A DNA stretch of 64,000 nt from Lama guanicoe (Eukaryota): the NCBI GenBank assembly GCA_013239625.1, contig MU053594.1, forward strand, positions 1,926,127-1,990,126. The letters are read 5' to 3'. Made by a program: the position numbers and the translations under genes. The notes under the pieces were generated by a model. The model ran no database searches. It saw only the letters and a program-made list of their open reading frames with translations, and had not been told where the DNA came from. Position 1 is the stretch's first letter. Each line of letters starts with the position of its first letter. Of the stretch, positions 13,705-27,023 are shown in pieces.

Positions 13705-14194
13705 ATTTAGGAACAGTGGTTGTTAGACATTTGGTTGCTTTACATAGTTACATTAACTGTGTGGCCCCAGAAGGCCCTTGAACTGAGGACTTTTCTTTTA
13801 GATGTTCAGAATCCTACTTCTTTTTAGCCCATCTTAATGCTGAACTATGTGGTTTGCCTAAGTTTCAGAACTGTACTTAGCTCCTAATAATACCCTTGAC
13901 CCATGTGGAAATCAGTTAATTGAGAACCTGTCTGGATAAATGAGATTCAGCAGATACAAGGGTTAAGGTCAACTACTCTCTGGCAGAATTCTAAAGAATT
14001 GAATAGCTTCTCATTACTTTCTGGGAGTTTTTTTTTTTTTTAATGAGTTTGCTCCCTGCTGATTAGTGATAATTCAGAAACTTGTGCATCAAATAGTAAA
14101 GTTTGAGGTCCTCAGGCTGTTTCAGTTTTGTTCATATGATTTAACTTTAGTTCATAGTCTCCCTGAATGGAGTCTTTTTATTATTAGTCCCATT

Positions 14195-14224
14195 GTTCTG
14201 GAACATTCTGGAACATTCCTGAAG
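14195..14224. promoter_or_regulatory. Six-unit heat-shock element in CRYAB intron 2
   Basis: gTTCtgGAAcaTTCtgGAAcaTTCctGAAg, a perfect alternating nGAAn array. Confidence 0.75.
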
Positions 14225-14496
14225 AGTCAGGACAATTTCTGGGCTTCCTCAGGGACTCAAATCTTCAATGCCAGATGATATTCCATATCTTGTAGGCCCA
14301 ACAAATTATCTAAACCTTTGGGAAATACCTCTGAACACATCCATGCCTCAGGGCTTGGAAAGCTATGAAGTTTTGGCTGTTCAATCTTCTCAGACTCTCA
14401 TTGGCAGGAGAGACAGCCTAGGAAATTTCATGTTAGCCCCAAACAGAACAGCCACTTAGCTTTTCCTCATGTTGCCATGCATTTGGTCACACCTAA

Positions 14497-14784
<288 letters not shown>

Positions 14785-14897
14785 ATGCCCTTTCTCTAAT
14801 GCATTTTTTAAAACAAAATTTCCCCACCAGTGAATGAAAATCTTGTGACTAGTGCTGAAGCTTATTAATGCTAAGGGCAGGCCCAAATTATTAAGCT

Positions 14898-14903
14898 AAT
14901 AAA
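14898..14903 (+). terminator. CRYAB: CRYAB polyadenylation signal
   Basis: AATAAA about 115 nt after the stop. Confidence 0.85.
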
Positions 14904-16194
14904 TATCATTCAGCAACAGATAACTGTCTTGTGTTTGAATATTCCATATTAATCATCACATGATGAGCTAGGGGGTTCTAAGGTTACTTGAGTCAGAATG
15001 ACTGTCTCCAACACTTACTAATGGTGTAAGTTTAGCAAGTCACTTAAACTTTATGGTCTTTAGGTCTTCCATTTATAACACGGGGTATTGATTTTTGCAT
15101 TTGTTGTAAGAAGCAAATTAAGGAGAAAAAGTAGGTAAAGCCCTTGGCAGAGTTCAAGGAATATTAGTTCCTCTCTCTTCTCCCTCTGATTTTGGCCCCG
15201 AGTTCCAAAAATAAATCTGAAGTCTGGGTGACAATGCATAAAAGGCCTTAGTGCATCTCTGAAATTAATCATGTCATCAGGAAGGAGATGGCGCCCTCAA
15301 CTTTATTTGACATTTTCCTACTGATAAGCGTTGCCTTCAGATGATTGCACAAGGGTGACAAATAAGACAGGTGATTATCACCAAACAAGCCTCTCAGGTG
15401 TAGTCTCCAAATTAGCCAGGAAACACCTATTAAAACTAAGACTGGGAAATATACAATTCCTTGATCCACCATTTTAAACAAAGACATGTTATTCTGCAAA
15501 ATACCTCTATTTCACTTTTGCGAGTCTAGACAAACTTCTGATTCAATTAATGAAAAATAGCCCTGGTGTAGGTTATCTGGCATAAATGCTTAGAGACACT
15601 CGTCACTTCTGCAGCAGCTTCCAGCTGATTTCTGATTTCTCACAAGGATGCTTACCTTAGCAAAACCTACAGTTGGGGACTGGCTATGCTTTAAAAATAT
15701 TATACATGAAATAATTGCTGAAAGTTCTCATGATGCAGGGGTGTGGAGCTAGGACTATTTACATTGCAAATCTATACAGGTTCAAAATGTTTTCTCTTAA
15801 AAAACAACTTCCTAATAGCCTGAAATGCTGTGACCTAGCCAGGAGTCAGATTTCTCTAAACTTAGAGCCAATTTTTATGACACTGTTGATTGCCTACGTA
15901 ACCTATTTGCCACCGTCAGTCTTGCCAACAGCACCCCTGATTGGTTTAGGTATCCATCATATCCTTCTTAGCCACATGCTTCAGGAAAGTGAACAAACGC
16001 TCCAGCCATAGTTGATCAATTTTTTTTTTCACAGTTGATATATCTTCAACAGTCCAAGTAAATTATGGAAGTTCTCTTCCCTCAGTAGGGATTAGTCTTG
16101 AAAGGGCTACAACCCAATTACAGTCAATGAGACAGGAGAGAAGTCTGCTGGAGATGCTTCTAGAAAAGCCTTTTACCTTTTAAAAAGACTACAG

Positions 16195-16268
16195 GAGAGA
16201 GAGAGAGAGGGAGGGATGGAGGAGGGAGATGGAGAGAGAGCAAGAGAGAGACAGAGACAGAAAGAGAT
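16195..16268. repeat. GA/GGGA-rich microsatellite within an MLT-like LTR remnant
   Basis: gagagagagagagagggagggatggaggagggag...gagacagagacag. Confidence 0.7.
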
Positions 16269-16789
16269 TGATTTTTTGTCTTCCTCTGGATGTTGGAGTA
16301 TGAGAATGTGATGCTCAGTGCTTTACCCTTTTAAAACTATCATTTTTTAAAGAATAAATCTGGGAAATATACGTACAGTCCACACACATAATTTCAGTAA
16401 GATGTAACACTTAGAAACCAAACAGATGTTTTGCCAAGGGTTTGGGAATGATACAGATTTTCATACTTAGAAAAATTCTATTTTATACTTCACATTTTAT
16501 TTGAATTTTGCACCAGATTTGATCTTTCTTCTGAAGATTTACAATGACTATTCACTCAACAGTTATTTGAGTGCCTACTATGTGCCAGCTACAAAAATAA
16601 TACATGTTTTCTGTCCTAACATAATTAAGAACTGAGCAGAAGAACAGGCAAGTAAAAAGACAATTCTAAAATTCTAAGGCACTTTTTCAAGATGCTACAA
16701 TGTCCATTCAAAATGTCTGATATGAGGATCCTTAAGAGAAATACCTACTCTGGACATGGAAGGAATCCTGGAGATTGTTCTGCCTGATT

Positions 16790-17520
16790 AATTTTTTAAC
16801 AGTTTTATTGAGATACCATTCACTTACTACACTATTCACCCACTGAAAGTATACAACTTAATGGTTTTTATTTATATTTATGGAGCTGTACATCTATTAC
16901 CACAATTAATTTTAGGACATTTCACTAGCCAAGAAGATAACTTACACCCATTAGTTATCACCCTCCAATGCCCACCCCTCAATGCTAGGCAATCGCCATT
17001 CTACTTCTTGTCGCTATAGGTTTGCTTATTTTGGATATTTCATATAAATGGAATCATACAATATGGGGGCCTTTGTGACTAGCTTCATTCATTGAGCAGA
17101 ATGTTTTAAAGTTTCCTCCACGTGATTACATGTATCAGTACTTCACTTCTTATTATTGCCAAATCATATTTTATTACATGGATCTACTGTATTTTATTCA
17201 CCCATTCATCAGTTGATGGACATCTGGATTACTTCCATTTTTTGTCTATTATGAATAATGCTGCCATGAACTCTCATGGACCAGTTTTTGTGTGGACTTA
17301 TCTTTTCATTTTTCTTGAGTGTATATCTAGCAGTGGAATTAATTGCTGGACCCTATGGTAACACTCTGTCTAGCCTTTTGAGGTACTGTCAGACTGTTTT
17401 CCAAAGCAGTTGCCCATTTAAAATTCCCACCAGTGGTGTATGAAGGTTCCAGTTTCTTGATATCTTCGCTAACAGTTATCATCATTTATCTTTTTGATTA
17501 TAGTCATTCTAGTGGGTGTC
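16790..17520 (-). mobile_element. Old L1 (L1MB-like) 3' fragment
   Basis: ttttattgagata..., catataaatggaatcatacaatatg, ttttccaaagcagttg: antisense L1 3' end. Confidence 0.8.
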
Positions 17521-18199
17521 TGAATTCTTAATGGTTTATAAGACTCAGCAAGGTGAAGAGGGAAGAAAATGCATCCAGAAGGGGGAACAGCTTGAAATGC
17601 CCAGGTATTTATGTTTGGACGGAGCACTAGACACATGAGAGGAAATGTGGGAAATGAGGCAAGAGTTAGAAAGGGTTTCTGCTAAGGAGTTCGGAATTTA
17701 TTTTGAAGGCTATAGAAGCCAGTGAAAGGTTTTAACCAAATAAGTAGCATGATCAACTCTGCATTTTTAGACTCAGTCTGGGAACAATACAGTGATTGGT
17801 AAGTAGGGACCAAAACGGAAAACAGAGACACCAACCAAAAGGGTGTTGCAGGAGACTGGGTAAGAAATAATGGGAAAGTGGAATACAGCAAAAATAACAG
17901 AGATGCACAAAAGAGGGGCATAATCAAGACACAACCTGGAGATAGAATTTATAGGGCTTGGTATCGGTTTGAATGGGGAGGATGAGAAAGGGGGATTCAA
18001 AATAATTCCTTCGTTTCTGTTTTTGACAATCGTGTGAACTTATTATATAATACACAATACTAAAAATAAGAAAGAGTGGTTAAGATACATTTAAAAAAAG
18101 TTCACCAAGATATGAAATACATAAGAAGAAAAAAATTTGAGACAGAAGATTATGAATTCAATTGTAGGTATCAGGAAATTGAATCAGAATATAAAGATC

Positions 18200-18800
18200 A
18201 TATATGAAAAATGCACAGCTAACGTCATACTCAATGGTAAGACTGAAAGCCTTTCCTCTAAGACTAGGATCAAGACAAGGATGTCCACTTTTACCACTTA
18301 CAGTCAATATATTATTGCAAGTTCTAGCTAGAGCAATTAGACAAGAAAAAAAAAGTATCCAAATTGGAAAGGAAAAAGTAAAACTATATTTACAAAAGAC
18401 ATACTACATGTAGAAAACCCTAGAGATTTCACCAAAAAAAAAAATCATTAGAACTAACAAGTTCAGCAACACTGCAGGATATAAAACCAACTGCAAAAAT
18501 CAGTTGCATTTATATACACTAACAATGAACAATCCAGAAAGGGAATTAAGAAAACAATTCCATTCATGGTAGCATCAAAACATATAAAATACATAGGAAT
18601 TAACTTAACTAAGGAGGCAAAAACACTTGTACACTAAAAACTATAAGGCATTGCTAAAATAAATTAAAGAAGACACAAATGGATTAGAAAACAATATTGT
18701 TAAGATACCAGTATTGCTAAAGTGATCTACTGATTCAATGGAATTCTTATGAATATCCCAGTGATGCTTTTTGCAGAAATAGAAAAATCCATGCTCAATA
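18200..18800 (+). mobile_element. L1 ORF2 fragment, decayed
   Basis: Translates to [16 protein letters not shown]...[10 protein letters not shown]...[10 protein letters not shown] (L1 reverse transcriptase region). Confidence 0.9.
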
Positions 18801-18987
18801 TAGACCTAACAGTAGATATAATTAACTTAAATTTGACATTTAAATCTTGGTTTGAAAAAACAGATATATGAAAAATAATATATATATATATATAAAAACT
18901 GAATCACTATGCTGTACACCAGCCACAACACTGTAAATCAACTATACTTTGATTTAAAAAGTGGGGGATAGAAAATATTTTTTGTGC

Positions 18988-18997
18988 TTTATTTATT
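18988..18997 (-). terminator. CFAP68: CFAP68 polyadenylation signals (two overlapping AATAAA)
   Basis: tttatttatt on + strand, about 105 nt past the stop. Confidence 0.7.
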
Positions 18998-19099
18998 CAG
19001 AGAGTAAAACTGTGCTACAGTCGGCTAAATTCTTAGTTGTTCTTAGAATGTGCTCCTTCCTATAATCTACACTGGAAAAATGAAACTTCGTATTCTTTC

Positions 19100-19275
19100 T
19101 TAGAATCCTGGACCCTGAAATTGACATTTATGAGGATGACACACACACACAGAGCGATGCTCGACTTGAGGTTTTGAATAGCTCCTCGTGTAAGTTGACT
19201 TCTCTGTGCATTTGTACGGAGGGGGATCCAGCTCAGGTTGATGTCCTGGAAACCAGTGAGGCTCTCGCTTAAATC
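19100..19275 (-). CDS. CFAP68: CFAP68 (C11orf1) exon 4 (last)
   Basis: gcctcag|GA TTT AAG: (R)FKREPHWFPGHQPELDPP...SYSKPQVEHRSVCVCHPHKCQFQGPGF-TAA. Confidence 0.9.
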
Positions 19276-19482
19276 CTGAGGCAAGAGAAAAGAGGAGTCT
19301 TAGTAAGCAATCTCACTCTTACTTCTCAGGGAAACAGACAGTGGCTGTCAAAATTGAGAAATCATTCACTCATTCATTTACTTATTCACTGATTTAATTC
19401 ATTCTTATTTGAGTTCCTTCTATGTTCCAAGCACTGAGTTAGATCCTGAAAATAAAAGAAGTAAAAAGAATCATCCACCTAC

Positions 19483-19549
19483 TATGGGCTGAAAGTGGCA
19501 TTTTGCTGTTGTAGCTTGTGTCATATGTAGTTTCAAAGTAGTGTCCAAA
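19483..19549 (-). CDS. CFAP68: CFAP68 exon 3
   Basis: ttccag|FGHYFETTYDTSYNSKMPLSAH A|gtaggt; 67 nt. Confidence 0.92.
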
Positions 19550-20128
19550 CTGGAAAGAAAAAGTAATAGGTTGAAAACACAGGAGTCTATAACCAATATT
19601 GGGAAATAAAGGGCACAATGACATGAATCCTAATAGGCTCTGTCACGTTTTAGATGGCTGAGAGGTCTATGTGTCGCCAGTCAATATCCTACTAACTTTC
19701 ATATCCTTTGTTTGTTTGTCTGTTTAGGAGATTTAAGGGCACGATGCAGATAAATGACAAGTCTAGATAGACAGAGACCAGAGGAAAAGCTAGCCTGAGT
19801 CAGAAGACATTTTATATATATATTTCTGTACATGAATGAGGTCCAAGAGAAGCAAGAGAAAAAGCCTGCTACCCATTTATTATTACCTTACAATAATAAA
19901 ATATTCAACTTGATAGTAAAGTGGGAGAGGGGTTCCAGCTGAGGACTGCTGCCCTCCCCTAACCACTTCACTGAAGAGAAGCCTGAGAGACCTCACATTG
20001 GAAGTTATCGGATTCCTGCCTCTCAAATGGCCACTGATATATATATATATATACACATATACATACATACATATTATATATATATATTTTACTAACAGAA
20101 GGAAACAAAGATGAGGAAGTTCAATTAC

Positions 20129-20359
20129 CTGGGAAGGCAAGGGTTTGGGCTGCACAATATTCCTCAGATCATATCTTTCCTGGTTCCAGTTGCCCATCAG
20201 GGTACGGTTTGAATAGGCATCCTCATTAGTGGTACATCTCCACCCATACTGGAAAAACTTGGACATATCATTCCAATCTGTCCACACTTCAGCATGGCCA
20301 TCTGCATTAATGAGGCTGCCACAGTGTGGGTTTGTAAGGAAGCAGGCGAGGAACTGCCT
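20129..20359 (-). CDS. CFAP68: CFAP68 exon 2
   Basis: ttcccag|RQFLACFLTNPHCGSL...QPKPLPSQ|gtaatt; 231 nt. Confidence 0.93.
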
Positions 20360-21559
20360 CTGGGAAAAGGTGAGAACAGAAAACATTGTGGCACAAATCA
20401 GAGAGCAGAAAAGGCACCCCTTACTCACCCTTAGCCAAGCAGAACATAAGTGCACCTTCTAAGGATCTAGGCTTTCCTCATAATTTAATTGTCGTGATTC
20501 TGTTTCTTTCTCTCCAAGTCCATGAATCCTTTGACCAACCTTTTCAATCAGCAGTAGCAGATGACTATATAGATTAAATGCTCCCCCCATCTCAAAAAGA
20601 GAGGAGAACTTCAGTACCCCCAATACTATATGGAGAACTAGATAAATATTCTGGTAATTTTGAGATGTAGGAGTTTAAGGACTAAGAGTATTGCTATAGT
20701 CAACAGGGAGAAGTGAGAGCTGGATAATTAGATAATACAATAAATGATCAATAAATGATAATTTCCTTCCTTCTGGGCCCAGCTCAAATGCCTCTTCTCA
20801 GGATGTGGTATTTCCTTTTCATGATGCCTTCCCTCAAGTTAACTTCTCTCTCACATGTCTCACACAGAACTTTATGTTCATATCTTTCTATATTTATAAC
20901 TTTATACCATATGTTAGAGTTCTTCAAATACGTGTCAAATCTCTTATGCTGAACCATGCAATCCTTGAGGACAGGATCTGTGTCTTATTTGTTACCACAT
21001 TCTCTCCTTCTGCTTCCCCTCCCAAACAATAGTACTTTGCACAGACAAGATGATCAATGTCTGAATTTCAGTTTTTTGTAAAGAATCAAAAGCCTAACAA
21101 TTTTTATTTTGGTCTAAAAGATGAGTCTGGTCCCTTGGCTTAGGAGCAAGACAATACCTTTCCTGAAGATGAGTTACTTGAAACTGAGGAGCTTGTGTTG
21201 TATGAAGATTTTGTAGTAGAGTGACAGAAGACCTTACTCTGTCGTTCCATGTTCTTTAATGGAAGAGATGTCACCAAACCTGGCCCTCCCAGTTCTCCAA
21301 GCAAAGAAAGAGTATAAATTATCCAGATCACCAGGTGGCCATGATTTGGGAGTCACCACCCACCCACCTTTCCACAGGTAGAGACAAAGCCAATACTGTA
21401 GGTTTAAAGGTAACTGCTCTCACACCATGTGCCTTTGTGAAGATACATACATGCACTGATGTCAACAAACAGCATGATGACTAAAGAGCAGCTGGTCCCA
21501 CAACGTTCAGCAAGCTGTACTCAGACTGCAGACCAAGATGACACTGTCCCTGGGCCTGT

Positions 21560-22350
21560 AAGGACAGATATCACTACCCACTCAGTTGTCCAAGTCTGAA
21601 ACCTGGGGCTTATCTTGACTCTGCTTTCTCTTTCAGTTGCTTACATCCATTCAATCTGTAGGTCTTGGTGAGTTTTGAATCAGTCCACTACCCTCCATCT
21701 CCACCGACAAGTTCCAATTCAGATCACTATTAGCCCCAGTCTCCAACCTGCAGTAGCCTCCTATTTGACCGCCTTGCCACCAGCCTTGTTCTTGTCTTAT
21801 CCTTTCTCCATAGGAAAGTAGAATTTTTGAAAATGAAAATCTGGTTGTGTCACCTTCCTATTTAAAATCTTTCAGTGCTGGCCAGGGTAAGATTCAGGCT
21901 GTTAAAATGGCTTACAATCCCTGTATGACTTGCTTAACTTCTCAGTCTCATTTGTTATCCACTCTTCCCTCAACTACATTCAGTCAGACTCACTATTCTG
22001 TTTCTCCATCATGCTTTTGCATATATTGTTCCTTCTGCCTCTTCACTCCGGTAATATGATCCCTCCCGCCGCCGCCCCCCCCAGCTTTCAACTCAGGTGC
22101 ACTTCATCCAGGAAAATTTTCCACTTCACCCCTAAACTTGGTAAGGTTCCCCTTCGGTGCACTCCCACAGCATCCTGAACTGCTCCACTCAGCGCTGCAT
22201 CACACCAAATCAGAATCGCCTCATTTGCTGTGTATCCTCCACCAGACTACACGCTCAGTGAAATCATAGGCCACATCTTGTTCCTCCAGATTAATCGCCG
22301 TCACATTGGCCTGGCACATAACACACACTCAGTATTTCTGGAATGAACAC
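21560..22350 (+). mobile_element. L2 LINE fragment in CFAP68 intron 1
   Basis: L2-like segments ending ctggcacata...gaatgaa; boundaries approximate. Confidence 0.65.
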
Positions 22351-22370
22351 AAGGTAGGAGACAGGAGCAC

Positions 22371-22409
22371 CTGCAGAAGCTCCGAATAGAGACAATGGGT
22401 GGCAGCCAT
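22371..22409 (-). CDS. CFAP68: CFAP68 exon 1
   Basis: MAATHCLYSELLQ|gtgctc (weak donor), similar to the human N-terminus as I recall it (MAASQCL...); total CDS 513 nt, 170 aa. Confidence 0.7.
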
Positions 22410-22845
22410 TTCGCGTGAAATGAAGGCCGTTACAAAATCCTCTGTGACAGGAACAGGCAGGACACGGCCCAACCTCTCCGTGGCCTTAGCCCGGCCCTGC
22501 TTCCTTCGCTTAGAACTCGCCTCACCCCTGGCCTGGCCCTTCGCACTAGTGACTGCTTGTGACCTCATGCAAGTGTGACGAAGTCGAGCCCTCGGGCTCA
22601 AAGGCATTTATTTGAACATTCTTGAAAGGGTTAGTTAGTGAGGGGAAGAGGTGGTCGGCGTCTCGCTTTTGCACTCATGGCTATTTTCATCCTAGGATAT
22701 CGCTGCTCCGGTTTGTCAAAACCACCGTGCCCTGTGGTGAGTCATCAATCAGCGACGGCGAACAGGGGGGCGGCAAGAGATCGGTGGAGGAAGTGACGTA
22801 AAAAAGAGCGCCTCCGAGAACGCGGGCAGGGAGCACGCTGAGGCC
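22410..22845. promoter_or_regulatory. Bidirectional CpG promoter of CFAP68/FDXACB1
   Basis: Divergent ATGs about 440 bp apart; AP-1 TGAGTCA 22738-22744; ETS-CRE GGAAGTGACG 22789-22798. Confidence 0.8.
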
Positions 22846-23017
22846 ATGGCCCCTCGGCGCCTCCTGTTGGTCGGGGAGGGGAACTTCTCCTTCGCCGCCG
22901 CTCTGAGCGAGACCCTGGATCCCAGCACCAGGTTAACCGCCACCTGCCTCCAGCGGCCGGCCGACCTTGCCGGGTCTCGGCTAGTCCAGGAGAACCTGCA
23001 GCGCCTGCGCGAGCGAG
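22846..23017 (+). CDS. FDXACB1: FDXACB1 exon 1
   Basis: MAPRRLLLVGEGNFSFAAAL (BMT5/DUF2431-type SAM motif)...RER G|gtagca; 172 nt. Confidence 0.95.
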
Positions 23018-23268
23018 GTAGCAAGGCCCACCCCCCTGCGAGGGCCCACCCCCCGCGAGGCCCCGCCCCGCTGCCGGCGCCGCCCTAAGTGGGAGGGTGG
23101 GCACGTGCGGAATCTGGGAACGTAGGGATTGCTCTTTATCTTCCCACGGACATCTACAGACAACCCGCTGTGTGCCTAGACCGGGGTTGTTTTGCACGAT
23201 TCAGGTTGGGGAGGGGCTTTCTCACGTTCTAGATCTTACGACAGCCTTTTGTCTCTATTTGGTGTCAG

Positions 23269-23425
23269 GGACTGAGGTACGTTTTGGTGTGGACTGCACC
23301 CAGCTGGCAGATGCTTTTGAACTGCACGACAGAGAATTTGATCGAATTTATTTTAACTTTCCGCACTGTGGACGCAAAGCTGGAGTAGCTAAGAACAGGG
23401 AACTGCTTGCCAAGTTTTTCCAGAG
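23269..23425 (+). CDS. FDXACB1: FDXACB1 exon 2
   Basis: gtcag|GG ACT...RIYFNFPHCG...FFQ AG|gtgagg; 157 nt. Confidence 0.95.
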
Positions 23426-24364
23426 GTGAGGAAGGGCGAGCATTCACAAGCAAAATGTTTAAGATGTACATTACATGGTTACTGCCCTCAAACATGTTAG
23501 TTTGGGAAATAGGGCATACGTGTGTAAGTTGTAATGATCGATTTAGAGAGAATGTAAAGCTCCAAAGGAACCTGCAATCTAACTGGAAAGGAAGACATTT
23601 AACCCTGAATGCTAAATAAAAGTACAAATAATGTACTCTTGGGCCCGCAAAGGGAGGATCTCCTATTTGTGATAATACAAAGTAATGGTAGCCAGTATAG
23701 TCTAATGGCTAAGAGCATGGTTTTAGGAGACAAACTGGATTCAATTCCCCACTCACCACTTGATAGTTTTGTGATTTTTGTGATTACATATACTTAATCT
23801 TTAACTGCTTTTGCTTCCTCATCCATAAACTGAAGATATTAGCAGTAACTACCTCATAAAATTATTGTGAACTTAAAAGTGCTTTACACTATTATACCAA
23901 AACATGTGATATTATTGGAGGTCTCTTTGGCTCATAGTTGTCAGGGAACTTTTCACAGAGGCAATATTTTAAGTTAGTATTTGAAGTATGGATAGAATTT
24001 TACTGGGCAGGAGGGGAGTGAAAAGAACAACTTTCTAAATGTGGAAGGACAGCTCAGTCACTGAATCACATGTAGGAACTTTACAGACATTGACTTTTCA
24101 ATGACATATGGATGAACAAGGCAAATACAAAGCTGGGTAACACTCTGGTCAGTCACTAGTAATCAGTTATGAGTTGAACACTGAATTTAAATTCTTTTTT
24201 ACTTCCAGCTGCTTTCTTTGCATGTTTAAAGTCTAATAGACCTTTGCAAATCGGTATGATTGGACTTAAATTATTTCACAGCCAAACCGTGTATATAGTG
24301 CTAACTCCCGTGGTAATTTCTGTTTGTTTCTGATAAGTGGTCGGTGTTCCCCTCTCCCCATTAG

Positions 24365-24568
24365 CTGTGCAGATGTTCTTGCAGAGGAAGGAGAAATCCA
24401 CGTGGCACTGTGTAGAGGACAAGGTGGGACTCCTGCTGATAAGCCCATGAGAGAATGGCACAACAGTTGGCAAGTGGTTGCCATGGCAGCTCTGGGGGGA
24501 TTCATCTTAAGTGATGTGCATCCCTTCAGCTGTGAGGCTGTGTCAGGGTACAAGTGCACTGGATATAG
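24365..24568 (+). CDS. FDXACB1: FDXACB1 exon 3
   Basis: cattag|C TGT...GYKCTGY AG|gtaaat; 204 nt. Confidence 0.95.
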
Positions 24569-24849
24569 GTAAATAATAACAGAGACATAAGCCTTTTTCA
24601 TCTTTCATGTAATCTAATATTCATGAAATCTAAGGCACATGGAATGCATCCAATTTTAACATTTTTGAGAAAAGTCCTGCTCATTTGCACTTTTCTATAG
24701 AATCTGCAATTTGTTGCCCAACATGTACAGCTAGATTTTAATTAAAAATATACTTTTTAATATGTAACCATGTTTTGCTATGTCTCATTACTCAGCCTTA
24801 TTTTATGAAGTATTTGTTTTTAATGCTTTATTATTATGATTATTATGAT

Positions 24850-25155
24850 TATTTTTTACAGTAGGACCTTGTTATCTGCTCTGGGCATAGTAGTTTGTAT
24901 CAGCCAATCCCAAATTCCCAATTTATCCCTCTCTCCCCCCTTTTCCCCCTGTAACTATAAGTTTGTTTCCTATGTCTATGAATCTCTTTCTGTTTTGTAA
25001 ATATGTTCATTTGTATCATTTTTTTCAATGCCACATATAAGTGCTATAATATGATATTTGTCTTTGACTTACTTAGTATGATAATCTCTAGGTCCATCCA
25101 TGTTGCTCAAATGACATTATTTCATTCCTTTTTATGGCTGAGTAGTGTTCCATTT
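24850..25155 (-). mobile_element. L1 3' fragment in FDXACB1 intron 3
   Basis: cagtaggaccttgtt...tctctaggtccatccatgttgc: antisense L1 3' UTR. Confidence 0.75.
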
Positions 25156-25314
25156 TGATAAACGATAAATGATTTAAAAAAACCTCATAGACAAATTTTT
25201 TTCCTTGCCAGTTTCTTTTAAAAAAAAATTTGGCCAATTTCCTGAGTCAGTCTCTAGAAATGCTTGCTTTTTAAAAATAATGACAGATTTCATAATTGGT
25301 GTCTATTTCACCAG

Positions 25315-25473
25315 GAGTCAAGATAAGTCCTTTTATGTAGACGGTGCTTTGAACCATGTCTTCACCCGGAGCTTACCCTTTGAAGGTTTGCAACCAAGAA
25401 TCTCCAGGATCAAACTGGGTGGCCAGTGGTTTTCTTTTCTAGAACCAGAAGTACTTGTAGGAAAACTGAACAG
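25315..25473 (+). CDS. FDXACB1: FDXACB1 exon 4
   Basis: caccag|G AGT CAA...KLN AG|gtaacc; 159 nt. Confidence 0.95.
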
Positions 25474-25843
25474 GTAACCTGATTTTACCAGAAGTCACTT
25501 CTATCTCTAGCTGTATCCTGATTGGCTTGATAATCAGGCAACCATATTATATATTGAATGCATGCTACATGAATTATTAATGATCTTGTGCTGTGAATAC
25601 TTGTCAGTCTGGCCTTCACAAGCCTCTTTAGAATGAAAAATTGTCATGTTTTTTGGAATATTGTAGGCTATCAGAATCCTGAAACACATGATATCTGTTT
25701 TTATGGTAGGTGATTTCTCTGTTTCCTTTATGGATCAACTTAAGGATAATTCTTTTCTACACAGCTATTTGTGCTTTTGATTTTAGCTACATTATATTTA
25801 TAATTTGAAGTTAAGAAAGTCATTTTTGTGTGTGTTTAAACAG

Positions 25844-27023
25844 GGGTTTCCTAGAAGCATCTTCATGTCATCCTGTCAAAACCATAAATGAGAAACTCAT
25901 TGGTGAATTGGGGAAAGCTTTCCCTCTAAAACGGCTCAAGTGTTCCTCCCCTTTGCTGCTACAGGGAGGCACCAGTGTTCTTACTTCCTGCAACTATGAC
26001 ATCCTATCAGCTGCCTTTTGGATTAGTCTCTGTGAAGATAACTCAAATGCTGAGTCCCTGACTGGTGGCACAACACAAGACATGGAGGACTTTCTAGTGT
26101 CATTTTCAGAACTTAGCCTTCCCAAGAGCCTTACAGACAGTAGGGAAGAAGCTCACAATGGAATCTCTGGCCAAGCCAAGGTCTGCCTTAGACCTTCTCT
26201 TCTAGTTCACGTTCAGACTGTAATCCAAGCACCAGACTTCCTCCCAGGCTCTGTGCACGTCCTTAGTGGACCTGTCTTTCGGAAGTGCTGCATCTCGCCC
26301 TTCACAATGCCAGCATTTCATGAGACTTTATTTATCCTTGGGTTTAATAAAAATCCGAAGGATGGCTGTCTTCGGTCACTACTGGACCACTTGAAGTGCA
26401 TTCTAGATAGCCTTCTGACCCAGACGTTGCTGGAGGGCTCTCAGCTGAGCAGTTCAGTAGAATTCGTCTTTCAACCAAATAGGAAAGATTATGTGATTAA
26501 TGTGAAGTTTCATAGTTTTGGCCCAGATTGTGTCAAGGATCTGACTGTTGGGTCTGTCACTACATCTGCTACAAGCGCTATACACAAAGACCAGTGTTTT
26601 GTGTGTGTGTCTGTGAACTTGGACCTGTTGGCCATGCTTGTCTGGGGTATCTCTGATTGGAGGATGTTATGGACCTTTGATACCCGTTTCCTGAAGAATT
26701 TTGTCCCTGGGAAAATAGAACCCTTTAAAAGCTATTCCCTACATCCTCCACACTATGTACACGATATTAGTTTTTGGATAGATGAAAAGAAAAGATTTGA
26801 TGAAGTAGAGTTTCACACTGTGGCCCGAGCAGTGTCCCAGGACACTGTCATATCCATACGATTCCTTAGCCGTTTTCAGCATCCAAAGACTGAACAGGTC
26901 AGCCTCTGCTATCGATTGACTTACCAGACGTGTGACAAGGCCCTCACCCAGCAGCAGGTAGCCTCAATGCAGTCCCGGCTTAGGAAGGAGATTCAACGAT
27001 GGCTACATTTGACACCTCGGTAG
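25844..27023 (+). CDS. FDXACB1: FDXACB1 exon 5 (PheRS-like region and ferredoxin-fold anticodon-binding domain)
   Basis: aaacag|G GGT TTC; YVHDISFW...SLCYRLTYQTCDKALT...TPR-TAG; total 1872 nt, 623 aa. Confidence 0.96.

Noticed and set aside
15278..15296. CTCF-like GGAGATGGCGCC downstream of CRYAB
   Set aside because: The 5' half lacks the conserved CC; weak match
19883..20455. 190-aa ORF as a full CFAP68 protein
   Set aside because: Only 20129-20359 is exon; the flanks read into introns, including a TA/TACA microsatellite
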